NCBI GenBank assembly: GCA_963783135.1
Contig: CAWAMH010000007.1
Span: 1,044,672-1,108,671, forward strand
From: an uncultured Chloroflexia bacterium
Lineage (GTDB): Bacteria > Chloroflexota > Limnocylindria > Limnocylindrales > CSP1-4
Reading direction: 5' to 3'
DNA length: 64,000 nucleotides
A model generated the notes under the pieces. That model saw only the letters and a program-made list of their open reading frames with translations. It did no database searches and was not told the DNA's origin. The translations under genes were made by a program, and so were the position numbers. This document shows, one piece after another, positions 40,897 through 50,277 of the stretch (positions within the stretch are counted from its first letter, which is position 1; every line of letters starts with the position of its first letter).

Positions 40897-41382
40897 ATGA
40901 GCGACCTGGTCGTCATCACCTTCACCACCCAGGACGCCGGCCTGGCCGCGCTCAAGCACGTCCGCGAGTCCGAGCATGCGACCGACCTGCGCCTGTCCGA
41001 CACCGCGGTCGTCGAGAAGGACGCCGAGGGCAAGATCCACGTCAAGAACGAGCTCAGCTCCGGGACCGAGGTCGGCGCGGTCAGCGGCGGTCTGCTCGGG
41101 CTGCTCCTCGGCGTCGCGTTCTTCCCGGTGCTCGTCATCGGGATCGGGGCGGCCATCGGCGCGGCGATCGGCCACAGCGTCAGCAGCCACGTGGACAAGA
41201 ACTTCGTCAAGGACATCCAGGCGGAGCTGACGCCCGGCACGTCGGCATTGTTCGCCGTCGTGAGTGCGAACCCGAGCGCACTCGTCGCGGCCGTACGCGG
41301 GTTCGATGGCAAGGTCTACCAGACGACGCTGAACCCGGAGCTCGAAGAGTCGCTGAACGACGCGCTCAAGAGCGACGGCTGA
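40897..41382 (+). CDS. DUF1269-type membrane protein
   Basis: D.AVV.KD..GK, Gly-rich hydrophobic hairpin, F...I...L.PGTSALF. Confidence 0.75.
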   Translation: MSDLVVITFTTQDAGLAALKHVRESEHATDLRLSDTAVVEKDAEGKIHVKNELSSGTEVGAVSGGLLGLLLGVAFFPVLVIGIGAAIGAAIGHSVSSHVDKNFVKDIQAELTPGTSALFAVVSANPSALVAAVRGFDGKVYQTTLNPELEESLNDALKSDG

Positions 41383-41439
41383 TCGCGGGACGTCCGTCGA
41401 CGCGGGCCAGGTCGCGAAGGTTGCGTTCCGGCACGACCC

Positions 41440-41469
41440 TTGACGGCCACCTCGGAGGTCGGCCATCAT
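41440..41469 (+). promoter_or_regulatory. Putative sigma70-type promoter
   Basis: TTGACG-18 nt-CATCAT upstream of the Cys-rich uORF. Confidence 0.45.
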
Positions 41470-41479
41470 CCGCGCTCAC

Positions 41480-41548
41480 ATGAGCCGTACTTGCGTCGCC
41501 TGGTCGTGTACCTGCCGGCGGCCCCGCCGTGCGGAGGACGAGGTCTGA
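41480..41548 (+). CDS. Putative Cys-rich leader peptide (MSRTCVAWSCTCRRPRRAEDEV)
   Basis: 22-codon uORF with 3 Cys, directly after the promoter and before a structured UTR and the beta-CA gene. Confidence 0.5.
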   Translation: MSRTCVAWSCTCRRPRRAEDEV

Positions 41549-41722
41549 CGTCCCGCGCTTCCTGACATCGACGAAGCCGGGACCGATGACCGTCCCGTGG
41601 GCCGCGGATCCATCGACTGGACCGCGGTCCTCGATTCTCCGGACCCATGGCGAGAAGTCGCCGGAACCCCGAAGCCGTCCCCCGTCGGGGCACGCCCGCC
41701 CCGACCGCGTCGCCACTCGGAG

Positions 41723-42244
41723 ATGACCACGATGACCGAGATCCAGACCACGACCACCCTCGAGTACTGGCGAGCCCTCGCCGAGAACGACCGCTACGCC
41801 GCCCAGTTCGATCGCTCGTCGCTGCCGACTCCACCGGCTCGGCGGCTGGCGATCATCGCCTGCATGGACGCCCGGATCACCGTCGAGGACGTCCTCGGGC
41901 TCCGTACCGGCGACGCGCACATCATCCGCAACGCCGGTGGCCTGGCGACGGACGACGCGATCCGCTCGCTGGTCATCAGCCAGCACCTCCTCGGGACCGA
42001 GGAGGTCATCGTCATCGAGCACACGGGCTGCGGGATGCTGACCTTCGAGGACGAGCCCGTCCGGAGGCAGATCGCCGCGACCCAGGGCGTCGATGTCGAC
42101 CTGCCGCTCTACTCGTTCCCGGACCTCGAGGCGAACCTCGCTGCACAGGTCGAGCGGGTCCGCAGCCACCCATGGATCAAGGATGTGCCGGTCCACGGAC
42201 TCATCTACGAGGTCGAGACCGGCCGGTTGCGACCCCTCGATTGA
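41723..42244 (+). CDS. Beta-class carbonic anhydrase (small clade-D type, possible COS hydrolase)
   Basis: CMDAR, RNAGG, HTGCGM zinc ligands, YEVETGRL. Confidence 0.92.
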   Translation: MTTMTEIQTTTTLEYWRALAENDRYAAQFDRSSLPTPPARRLAIIACMDARITVEDVLGLRTGDAHIIRNAGGLATDDAIRSLVISQHLLGTEEVIVIEHTGCGMLTFEDEPVRRQIAATQGVDVDLPLYSFPDLEANLAAQVERVRSHPWIKDVPVHGLIYEVETGRLRPLD

Positions 42245-42256
42245 GACGGGCGCCGA

Positions 42257-44194
42257 TCAGGTCTTGCGGTACGCGCTCTTCGGACCGATGTTGCCGGCCG
42301 CGTCGAAGGCGCGGACGTAGTAGCTCGCCCCGGACCGGCGCTTGACCGAGACCGACGTGCCGGTCGTGACCGTCTTGATCGGAGCGGTCACGCCGGAGCG
42401 GTAGACCTTGTAGCCGGCGACCCCGAAGTCGTCGGTGGCCGACGTCCAGTAGAGCTTCGTGGTCGTCTTCCCGACGTTGGCCTTGAGCGTCTTGACCTTG
42501 GTCGGCGGCGTGATGTCGGTACCGGATGGTGGGGTCTTGGCCGAGGCCGCGGCGAGCGGGCCCTCGTTGCCGGAGCCGTCGACCGCGATGACCTTGTACG
42601 CGTAGGTGGTCGCCGGGGTCAGACCCGTGTCACCGAAGCTCAGCCCGGTCGGCGTCGCGACCTCGACCCCGTCGCGAAGCACCCGGTAGTGGTCGACCGC
42701 GTAGTTGTCGGTGGCCTTCGTCCAGGTCACGGTCACGCTCGTCGCACTGGTCGGCGTGGCCTTTGGGCTGCCCGGGGCACCGGGGGCGATCGGGTCCAGG
42801 ACGCTGACGGTCGCCACGCCGGCGCCGGCGGACTGGGTCGTGATCTTCAGGCCGGTGACCGGGTCCGTGAGGGTCGCACCGACGGCCAGCGGCGAGTCCG
42901 CATAGCTGTTCGTGCCGGGCGTCGTATCGACCAGCTGCGTCTGGCTGAGGCCGTAGCCCGGGCTCGGTGCGTCCGGCGAGATCCGGATCGTGACGCCGTT
43001 CACGGCGGCATCGCCCGGGCTGAAGTCGTCGAAGTACGGTGGATGGACAGACCGGAGGTCGAGATAGAACGACGAACCGTCGTGGCGGTCGATCCGCAGC
43101 AGCCGGTCGCTGCCGGCCGGTCCGTCGAGGACGGACCCGAGCTGGTACGGCCCGCCCGGGCCGATCGTCCGGATCTCGCTCGCCGGCAGCCAGCCGAACT
43201 GGCCGAGATGGGTCGCGTGGTCGTGCGCGGACGAGCCACTGCCCATGACCGTGAACGGATCGCCGTACTCCGATGAGGCGCAGGTCGCCGAGATCGACAC
43301 CCGGCTCGAGCCGGACGTGCAGCTCAGGCTGCTGGCGTGGTGGACGCCGAAGTTGTGGCCGAGCTCGTGGGCGACCACCCGGAGCACGAACGAGCCGTTG
43401 TTCCAGCTGTCGGACCCGGGCATCGCGCCGAGCCCGGACCAGCCGCAGCTGTTCGCCTTCGGGAAGGCATAGACGTAGTTCGTGAACGCGCTCAGGTCGA
43501 CCCCGGCGGCGGTCGCCGCGGCCTTCGCCTGGGTGGCCCAGGTGAACGGATCGCAGGTCGACTTGGGGGCGGCGATCTGGTACCAGCCGAAGACCTGGCC
43601 GGTGACGGTGACCGCGCCGCGCGACTCCTCCTCGAAGTAGTTCGCGACGGCATTGCCGTTGCTGAAGGCGATCTGCGTCGCGAGCGCCGGCGCGTAGGGC
43701 TGGCTCGCGTCATCGCTGAACCCGAAGAGGAGGACCGCGACGTGCTTGCTCGAGGCGGCGAGCGGGGCGCCATCGGCGAGGTGGACCGACTGGCCGTCGG
43801 CGCCGAGGACGGCGGTGGTCCGGCGTCGGGGCGGGGCGCTGAGCTTGGCCACCGACGTCGCGTCGCGGGCGGTGCCCACCCGGATCACGCCGTCATGCCA
43901 CGTCCCTCGGACCTGGACCCGCGCGCCGTTGAGGGCCTCCGGGGCAGGCCCGCGGATGTCGAGCGGGACCAGCCCGGCCGACGTCTCGACGGCATAGCCG
44001 TCGGCCCCGACGTCGTCGGCGAAGTCGTCGATGTGGTAGAGCCGGAGGGTGCCCCGGATGGACACGGCGGTGCCCGCCGGGATGAGCTTGCCGGTCCGGG
44101 CCCAGCCCAGCGCGGCCGGGCCATGAGCCTCGACCGGGAGGGCGATGACGAGCGCGCACGCCAGTGCGACGACGATCGCGATCCAGCGGCGCAT
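42257..44194 (-). CDS. Secreted zinc metallopeptidase (M11/M6-like) with C-terminal fibronectin III domains
   Basis: Signal peptide, HELGHNFGVHH, EYGDPFTVMG Met-turn, two W..ATD..V..Y FN3 repeats. Confidence 0.8.
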   Translation of the reverse strand: MRRWIAIVVALACALVIALPVEAHGPAALGWARTGKLIPAGTAVSIRGTLRLYHIDDFADDVGADGYAVETSAGLVPLDIRGPAPEALNGARVQVRGTWHDGVIRVGTARDATSVAKLSAPPRRRTTAVLGADGQSVHLADGAPLAASSKHVAVLLFGFSDDASQPYAPALATQIAFSNGNAVANYFEEESRGAVTVTGQVFGWYQIAAPKSTCDPFTWATQAKAAATAAGVDLSAFTNYVYAFPKANSCGWSGLGAMPGSDSWNNGSFVLRVVAHELGHNFGVHHASSLSCTSGSSRVSISATCASSEYGDPFTVMGSGSSAHDHATHLGQFGWLPASEIRTIGPGGPYQLGSVLDGPAGSDRLLRIDRHDGSSFYLDLRSVHPPYFDDFSPGDAAVNGVTIRISPDAPSPGYGLSQTQLVDTTPGTNSYADSPLAVGATLTDPVTGLKITTQSAGAGVATVSVLDPIAPGAPGSPKATPTSATSVTVTWTKATDNYAVDHYRVLRDGVEVATPTGLSFGDTGLTPATTYAYKVIAVDGSGNEGPLAAASAKTPPSGTDITPPTKVKTLKANVGKTTTKLYWTSATDDFGVAGYKVYRSGVTAPIKTVTTGTSVSVKRRSGASYYVRAFDAAGNIGPKSAYRKT

Positions 44195-44330
44195 CGGTCC
44201 CCTTCCGTCCCTGTCGACCCGGGCACCCGGGTTCGTCGCGAGTGTCGGTCAGCCGTGGCGCCGGTGGAACGGACCCTTCGGTGCAGTCAGCCCGACCGAT
44301 GGTCCGGTTCGGTGCTCGGACGCACCGCCG

Positions 44331-45194
44331 TCAGGGCGTCGGCGCGGCGTCGGTCGGTGTGGGCTCCGGGGTCGGTGTGGGGTCGGGCGTCGGAGTCGGC
44401 TCCGGGGTCGGCGTCGGCTCGGGTGTCGGGGTGGGCTCTGGGGTCGGTGTGGGATCGGGCGTCGTCTGGATCGTCCACAGGACCTGACGCAGCGTCTTCC
44501 CGCTGGCATGGACCCGGGCAGCGAGTTCGCGGCCGACGTAGCGGTAGTGCCACGGCTCGTAGGCGTAGCACGTGACCCGCTTCTTGCCCTTCGGATAGCT
44601 CATCACGAAGCCGTACTTCCAGGCGTTCTTGGCGAGCCAGGCACCCTCCCGACTGCGAGCCCAGTCGGAGTACAGCCACGGGGCGCTACCGCCGACGGAC
44701 TTGAAGTCGATCGTCGTCCCGAGCTGGTGTTCGGAGTGGCCCGGACGGGCGCTCGTCTCGAGGGCCGCCCCGATGCCCCCCTTGGCGACCCAGCTGGCGA
44801 ACGTCCAGACCTGCGTGGCGTAGCTCCGATAGGCGGACTCGACCGCGAGACGGCCGCCGGCCTTGCGGCTCGCGCGGGTCAGCGCCCGAAGGTCGGCCAG
44901 GGCCACCTTGCGGATGGAGCCACCGCCCGACAGCCCGGCGTGACTGACGGCCACGAGCCCGACCGGCCGGTAGGTCTTGGGCAGCCGGTACGTCGTGTCG
45001 AGGAGGCTGCGCGGCCAGTCCGACCGGAGTCGATGCTTGGTCAGGACATCGGCCACGCGGCACTTCGGGAGCGATGCCGCGTCGGTGAGCGCCGCACCCG
45101 GCCCAAGCGCCGCCACGACGATCGCCCCGACCGCCAACGTGGCGAGGATCCGTCGGCGGATCCTGGGTCGGATCGCCGGTCGACGCTGTTCCAT
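44331..45194 (-). CDS. D-alanyl-D-alanine carboxypeptidase (M15B/VanY-like) with Pro-Thr tail
   Basis: SAYRSY, SARPGHSEHQLGTTID, YEPWHYRYVG. Confidence 0.88.
   Translation of the reverse strand: MEQRRPAIRPRIRRRILATLAVGAIVVAALGPGAALTDAASLPKCRVADVLTKHRLRSDWPRSLLDTTYRLPKTYRPVGLVAVSHAGLSGGGSIRKVALADLRALTRASRKAGGRLAVESAYRSYATQVWTFASWVAKGGIGAALETSARPGHSEHQLGTTIDFKSVGGSAPWLYSDWARSREGAWLAKNAWKYGFVMSYPKGKKRVTCYAYEPWHYRYVGRELAARVHASGKTLRQVLWTIQTTPDPTPTPEPTPTPEPTPTPEPTPTPDPTPTPEPTPTDAAPTP
44340..44462 (-). repeat. Coding tandem repeat (PTPE/DPT)n
   Basis: About six degenerate 18-bp units encoding PTPTPE/PTPTPD. Confidence 0.8.
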
Positions 45195-45340
45195 GGTGGT
45201 GAACGATACGTCGGTCGGGCGAGACGAGGCCCCTGCCCGAAGGTCCCGGACCGCACTGGACCACCTGGCGGCGACGCGACGCTCGGACCGGGACGGGTCG
45301 GTCCAGCCTCGGCTTTGGGGTATCATGCCGGGCGCGTCAC

Positions 45341-45415
45341 TGGCGAGTGGCCAAGCGGTAAGGCGCCTGACTCTGGATCAGGAGATCGAAGGTTCGAATC
45401 CTTCCTCGCCAGCCA
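45341..45415 (+). tRNA. tRNA-Gln(CTG)
   Basis: TGGCGAG/CTCGCCA acceptor stem, CCTGA-CT-CTG-GA-TCAGG anticodon arm, GGTTCGAATCC T-arm, encoded CCA; TATCAT upstream. Confidence 0.96.
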
Positions 45416-45545
45416 GTCTTCCCATGGACGCCCGGCCACGGCATGCCCACACGTGGCCGATGTGGCCCGCAACAGGCCCGATGGCCCCTTTCAGACGAGC
45501 GGTCCGGCCGGCAGTGCGAGCGGGATCCGGGCCTAGACTCCTTGG

Positions 45546-47975
45546 ATGAGCGCCATCACCCGACATGCCGCCCCGGCCCCGTACGGGGAGACCGAGGCCC
45601 CGACTGACCCGATCGACCTGACCCGCCACCTGGTGGACAGCGCGATCCTGCCGATGACCGTCGTGGGTCTTCTGGCCGGGCTGGCTCTCACCTGGACCGG
45701 AAACGATCCGGCGGCGGACGTCGCCTGGACGATCCCGGCGGTCGTGGTAGCCGTTCGTCTCGCGTGGGCGATCCTGCGCGACCTGATGCATGGCGAGTTC
45801 GGTGTCGACCTCATCGCGATCCTGGCGATCGTCGGGGCGCTCTTACTCAGCGAGCCATTCGCGGCCGCAGTCATCGGGGTCATGCTGGCGACTGGCGAGG
45901 CGCTGGAACGCTATGCGCAGGGCCGCGCTCAACGCGAACTGACCGCCCTCCTGGGCCGTGCGCCCCGTGACGTCCAGCGCTACGTCGATGGCCGACTGGA
46001 AACCACGCCGATCGAGGCCGTCGGCCCAGGCGACCTGCTCGCCATCCGCCCAGGCGACGTCGTGCCGGTCGATGGCATGGTCGTCGGGAACCCGGCCGTC
46101 CTCGACGAAGCCGCGCTCACCGGCGAGTCGCGACTGATGACCCGCGAAGAGGGCGATGCGGTCAGCTCCGGCACGGTGAACGCCGGCTCTTCGTTCGACC
46201 TCCGCACCGTGTCGACCGCCGCCGACAGCGCCTACGCCGGGATCGTCCGTCTCGTCCAGGAGGCGCAGCACAGCAAGGCGCCCTTCGTCCGACTCGCGGA
46301 CAGGTATGCCCTGGTCTTCGTACCATTCACCCTGGCCATCTCCGTTGCGGCCTGGCTGGTTTCCGGCGATCCCGTCCGCGGCCTTGCGGTGCTGGTCGTC
46401 GCGACGCCGTGTCCGCTCCTGCTCGCCGCGCCGATCGCGATCGTCGCGGGGATCTCCCGGGCGGCCAGACGCGGCGTGATCGTCAAGGGCGGCGGGCCGC
46501 TCGAGACGTTGGCGCGCGCGCGGGTCGTGCTCTTCGACAAGACCGGGACCCTGACCGCCGGCCGACCGCGATTGGCGACGATCGACGCTGGTCCAGCCAC
46601 GGAGCCCGGAGCGCTCGATCAGGGCGAGGTCCTGCGGCTGGCCGCCTCCGTCGAGCAGTTGTCGCCGCACGTGCTGGCGGCATCGATCGTCCATGGAGCC
46701 CGGGAACGAGCACTCGAGATCTCCATGCCGGTCGACGTCGTCGAGACGCCAGGGGCGGGCGTGACCGGACTCGTGGACGGACGGCGCGTCGCTGTCGGGA
46801 CGGCGGAGTTCTGTGCTGGCGACGGTGGTCTGCCACGGTGGGCCCGCGATGTCCGGCGTCGTGCGGCGGTCGAAGGCTCGACATGCGCCTTCGTGCGAGT
46901 CGACGATGTCGTCCGTGGCGCCCTGATCCTCGATGACCCGCTCCGCCCCGAAACCCCACGGGCTATCCGATCGCTCCGACGGATCGGCTTCACGCGGATC
47001 GTCATGGTCACCGGCGACAACGCCGCTGTCGCGGACATCATCGGCTCAGCCATCGGCGTCGACGCAGTGCTTGCCGATCGGGTCCCGTCGGAGAAGGTGG
47101 ATGCCGTGAACAACGAGCGGTCGCAAGCATCCGGGCCGATCGTCATGGTCGGCGACGGGCTCAACGACGCGCCGGCACTGGCCCTTGCCGACGTGGGCGT
47201 GGCGATGGGCGCGCGCGGTGCGAGTGCCTCTTCCGAGGCAGCCGACATCGTCATCACGGTGGACCAACTCGATCGCCTGACCGAAGCGGTCCAGATCGCT
47301 CGACGAGCGCGCTCGATCGCCGTCCAGAGCGTCGTCCTCGGGATGGGGATGTCGATCGTCGCGATGGCTGCCGCGGCACTCGGGTTCCTGCCGGTCGTCG
47401 CCGGGGCGATCCTCCAGGAGGCAATCGACGTCATCGTGATCCTCAACGCGCTTCGCGCTCTGCGAGGGGGTGTTGAGGTCCCGACCCGGATCGCCGGCTG
47501 GACCGAGACAAGCGCACACCTGCGTGCAGCCCATATCGAACTCGAACCGTCCATCGCCCGGATCCGCGGCACGGCGGATATCCTCGACGGCATGTCCCCT
47601 GCTGCCGCGGCGGTCGCCCTCGAGGAGACCCGCCGGTTCGTGTCGGTTGATCTGCTGCCACACGAGGAGCTGGAGGACCGAACGATCTATCCCATTCTCG
47701 CCACCGCCATGGGCTCCGACGACGCGACGGGGTCGATGCACCGGACGCATCAGGAGATCTTCCGACTCGCAAGGCTGCTCGATCGCCTGGTCCGCGACCT
47801 CCCGCCAGACGGCCCGAGCCGAGATGATCGGACGGATCTCCAGCGCCTCCTGTACGGCCTGGAGGCGATCCTTCGATTGCATCAGGCGCAGGAGGAGGAC
47901 CTGTACGCCTCCATCGGCGACAGCACGCCACCGGCCGAACGACCAGCCTCCGCCGCGGCGCCCTCCCGGCTCTGA
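45546..47975 (+). CDS. Heavy-metal P1B-type ATPase (P1B-5) with C-terminal hemerythrin-like domain
   Basis: LTGES, TPCP, DKTGT, GDGLNDAP, QEAID; C-terminal H...HEELED...HRTH...HQAQEE. Confidence 0.9.
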   Translation: MSAITRHAAPAPYGETEAPTDPIDLTRHLVDSAILPMTVVGLLAGLALTWTGNDPAADVAWTIPAVVVAVRLAWAILRDLMHGEFGVDLIAILAIVGALLLSEPFAAAVIGVMLATGEALERYAQGRAQRELTALLGRAPRDVQRYVDGRLETTPIEAVGPGDLLAIRPGDVVPVDGMVVGNPAVLDEAALTGESRLMTREEGDAVSSGTVNAGSSFDLRTVSTAADSAYAGIVRLVQEAQHSKAPFVRLADRYALVFVPFTLAISVAAWLVSGDPVRGLAVLVVATPCPLLLAAPIAIVAGISRAARRGVIVKGGGPLETLARARVVLFDKTGTLTAGRPRLATIDAGPATEPGALDQGEVLRLAASVEQLSPHVLAASIVHGARERALEISMPVDVVETPGAGVTGLVDGRRVAVGTAEFCAGDGGLPRWARDVRRRAAVEGSTCAFVRVDDVVRGALILDDPLRPETPRAIRSLRRIGFTRIVMVTGDNAAVADIIGSAIGVDAVLADRVPSEKVDAVNNERSQASGPIVMVGDGLNDAPALALADVGVAMGARGASASSEAADIVITVDQLDRLTEAVQIARRARSIAVQSVVLGMGMSIVAMAAAALGFLPVVAGAILQEAIDVIVILNALRALRGGVEVPTRIAGWTETSAHLRAAHIELEPSIARIRGTADILDGMSPAAAAVALEETRRFVSVDLLPHEELEDRTIYPILATAMGSDDATGSMHRTHQEIFRLARLLDRLVRDLPPDGPSRDDRTDLQRLLYGLEAILRLHQAQEEDLYASIGDSTPPAERPASAAAPSRL

Positions 47976-48045
47976 CCCGGACCGAGGGACGCCATGGTCG
48001 AGCGCACCAACTCCCGCTAGATCGCCCGCGTCGCGAGCTCCAGAA

Positions 48046-48091
48046 ACTCTGGATCAGGAGATCGAAGGTTCGAATCCTTCCTCGCCAGCCA
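48046..48091 (+). repeat. Duplicated 3' part of tRNA-Gln (att site)
   Basis: ACTCTGGATCAGGAGATCGAAGGTTCGAATCCTTCCTCGCCAGCCA exact copy. Confidence 0.92.
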
Positions 48092-48132
48092 ACGCCTTCT
48101 CTCGGGACAACGTGGACACGTGTCTCACGACG

Positions 48133-48420
48133 TCAACGGGCGCGTCTGGGTTGTGATCGCGCGTCCAACGGCTGTCGGCGCGCGATCGACTTCCAGACCG
48201 TAGATGCTCTGCGCAGGATGTCTTCATACGTCCGCCGGCCGAGGAGGAGCGAACCCGTCGTCGCCGTACCCTCGCCGGCAAGCTTGCCCGACACCTCGTC
48301 CGCATAAGGCGTCGCCCAGCCTCCATGTTTGAACCCGCCGCGGCGATCCTCGTCCGGCCTGCCCGGCGCCTGCATGACCCCGTGAAGGGTGAGACTCGTG
48401 AAGTCGACGATCTCGCTCAT
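48133..48420 (-). pseudogene. Truncated dihydrofolate reductase/RibD-C family gene
   Basis: TLHGVMQAPG.PDEDRRGGF.HGGW...LLLGRRTYE, then similarity is lost just before the att repeat. Confidence 0.7.
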
Positions 48421-48459
48421 GGCGACCTCCAACGGGTCAGTGCACGCCGGCGTGGGCCG

Positions 48460-48891
48460 TCATTGCTCGACCGTCTTCTTGAGACCCTCCAGCATCGGTC
48501 CCCAGTTGTCCGCGGCCATCCTGTCGGCCTCATCCCGGCTCGCGTTGTTGTCCTGCGTGAGGGTCAAGGTGGTCATGGCACCGTTCTGGACGAGCTCATA
48601 CGTGACGGTGTGGTAGTTCTCGGGCCGGTCCGCACTGCCGCCCATGGGACTCCAGTGCGTGTACTTCAGAAGCTTCTCGGGATCGATCTCCAGAACGGTG
48701 CCCTTGTCCACATACGCCTTGCCCTTCCACTCGCCGTTCCAGGCGATCGGGCTGCCGACCTTCCAGTCGGTCGTGAGGTTGGTCCCATGCATGTACTGCT
48801 TGACCTTCTTCGGATCCGTCAACGCCTCCCAGACCTTGGCTTTCGGGGCATCGATCTCGACCGTTGAGACTGCCGCAAATCCTCTCGCCAC
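48460..48891 (-). CDS. SRPBCC/AHSA1 domain protein
   Basis: IDAPKAKVWEALTDP, G.VLEIDPEKLL.YT, NWGPMLEGLK. Confidence 0.85.
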   Translation of the reverse strand: MARGFAAVSTVEIDAPKAKVWEALTDPKKVKQYMHGTNLTTDWKVGSPIAWNGEWKGKAYVDKGTVLEIDPEKLLKYTHWSPMGGSADRPENYHTVTYELVQNGAMTTLTLTQDNNASRDEADRMAADNWGPMLEGLKKTVEQ

Positions 48892-49047
48892 GAGGTCCCT
48901 CCATCTCGTCCCGCCGCCGCACGACGTGCCACGTCGTCCGATGCTAGTCCGACTCGGTGACTGCGTCTCCTGTCTCGCGATCGCCTTCAGCCGCGCCAAG
49001 AACGTCCTGCCGCCGCTCGGGTATGGTCAGCCGGTCAGGAGGGTGAG

Positions 49048-49431
49048 ATGGCCAGAGTCCTCGGGATCGGTGGCGTGTTCTTCAAGTCGAAGGATCCGGG
49101 CGCGCTCACCAGCTGGTACCGCGACGTGATCGGCGTCGAGGTCGAGGACTGGGGCGGTGTCGTCTTCACGCCCGAGGCGATGGCCGCCCATCCGGGCGCG
49201 GGCACCGTGTTCAGCCCGTTCGCGGCGGACACCACCTACTTCGCGCCCTCGACCAAGGAGTTCATGATCAATCTCGCGGTCGACGATCTCGACGGCATCC
49301 TGGCGAGTTGTGCGGAGCACGGCGTGGAAGCGAACGTCCTCCCCGACCAGCCCATGGGCCGCTTCGCGCACATCCTCGACCCGGAAGGGACCAAGATCGA
49401 GCTGTGGGAGCCGAAGCCGATGCCCGCCTGA
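49048..49431 (+). CDS. VOC/glyoxalase family protein
   Basis: GIGGVFFKSKDP...WY, MINLAVDDLD, GRFA...DPEG.KIELWEP. Confidence 0.88.
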   Translation: MARVLGIGGVFFKSKDPGALTSWYRDVIGVEVEDWGGVVFTPEAMAAHPGAGTVFSPFAADTTYFAPSTKEFMINLAVDDLDGILASCAEHGVEANVLPDQPMGRFAHILDPEGTKIELWEPKPMPA

Positions 49432-49528
49432 CCGGGCCAGCGACTCGGTCAGGTTTCGAGAAGCCGGTTCGGCGCTGGCCGACTAGCATCACCTGGTCAT
49501 CCCGATCAGTCGAGAGCGAGGACCAGCC

Positions 49529-49970
49529 ATGGCGCAGAAGACCGCGAAGACGGAGATCTGGACTCCCGAAGAGAAGGCCGCGATGAGGGAAGCCGCCGCG
49601 GAGGCGAAGCGGGCCGCGAAGCGCGGCGCCGACGACGCGGCCGGCGAGTCGGACGTCCTCGCGAAGATCGCCGAGCTGCCGGAGCCGGACCGCTCGATGG
49701 CCGCGCGCATCCACGAGATCGTGAAAGCTGCGGTCCCGGAATTGGTCTCGAAGACCTGGTACGGGATGCCGGCGTACTCGAAGAACGGCAAGTCGATCTG
49801 CTTCTTCCAGCCGGCGTCGAAGTTCAAGGTGCGCTACTCGACCTTCGGGTTCCAGCCGGACGCGCACCTCGATGACGGCGCGATGTGGGCGAACGCATAC
49901 GCGGTGCTCGAGCTGACGCCGGAGGTCGAGAAGCAGGATCGCGGCGCTGGTGAAGCAGGCGGCGGGCTGA
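49529..49970 (+). CDS. DUF1801 (YdhG-like) protein; +1 frameshift near 49937
   Basis: KTWYGMPAY, FFQPASKFKVRYSTFGF; the expected end IAALVKQAAG* lies in the +1 frame. Confidence 0.75.
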
Positions 49971-50001
49971 GCACGAGTGACGATGTGCTACATTCATGTA
50001 C

Positions 50002-50274
50002 ATGGAACGGACGGTGGGCGTCGCCGAGCTGCGCCAGAATCTGAGTCGCTATCTGCAGCGGGTGGCGAACGGGGAGCGCTTGCTTGTGACCGACCGCAAT
50101 CGGCCGGTCGCCGAGCTCGGTCCACCACCCAGTGAGGGCGCGGCCCTGGATCGACTGATCGCGGAGGGACGGGTCAGCCGCCCCACCCGTCGGGGGCTAC
50201 CAGCACCGCTCTCCATGGACGGCGACCCCCACGCCCTGAGTCGCGCACTCGACGAGATCCGCGGCGAACGCTGA
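50002..50274 (+). CDS. vapB: Phd/YefM-family antitoxin
   Basis: VGVAELRQNLSRYL.RV..GE...VTDRNRPVAEL; alternative ATG at 49996. Confidence 0.88.
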   Translation: MERTVGVAELRQNLSRYLQRVANGERLLVTDRNRPVAELGPPPSEGAALDRLIAEGRVSRPTRRGLPAPLSMDGDPHALSRALDEIRGER

Positions 50275-50277
50275 GGC

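Larger units (their letters stand above)
45370..48091. mobile_element. tRNA-integrated genomic islet bounded by 46-bp direct repeats; no integrase
   Basis: 45370-45415 is identical to 48046-48091. Confidence 0.8.

Noticed and set aside
48046-48091. Second tRNA-Gln gene
   Set aside because: Lacks the 5' acceptor strand and D-arm; it is an att repeat.
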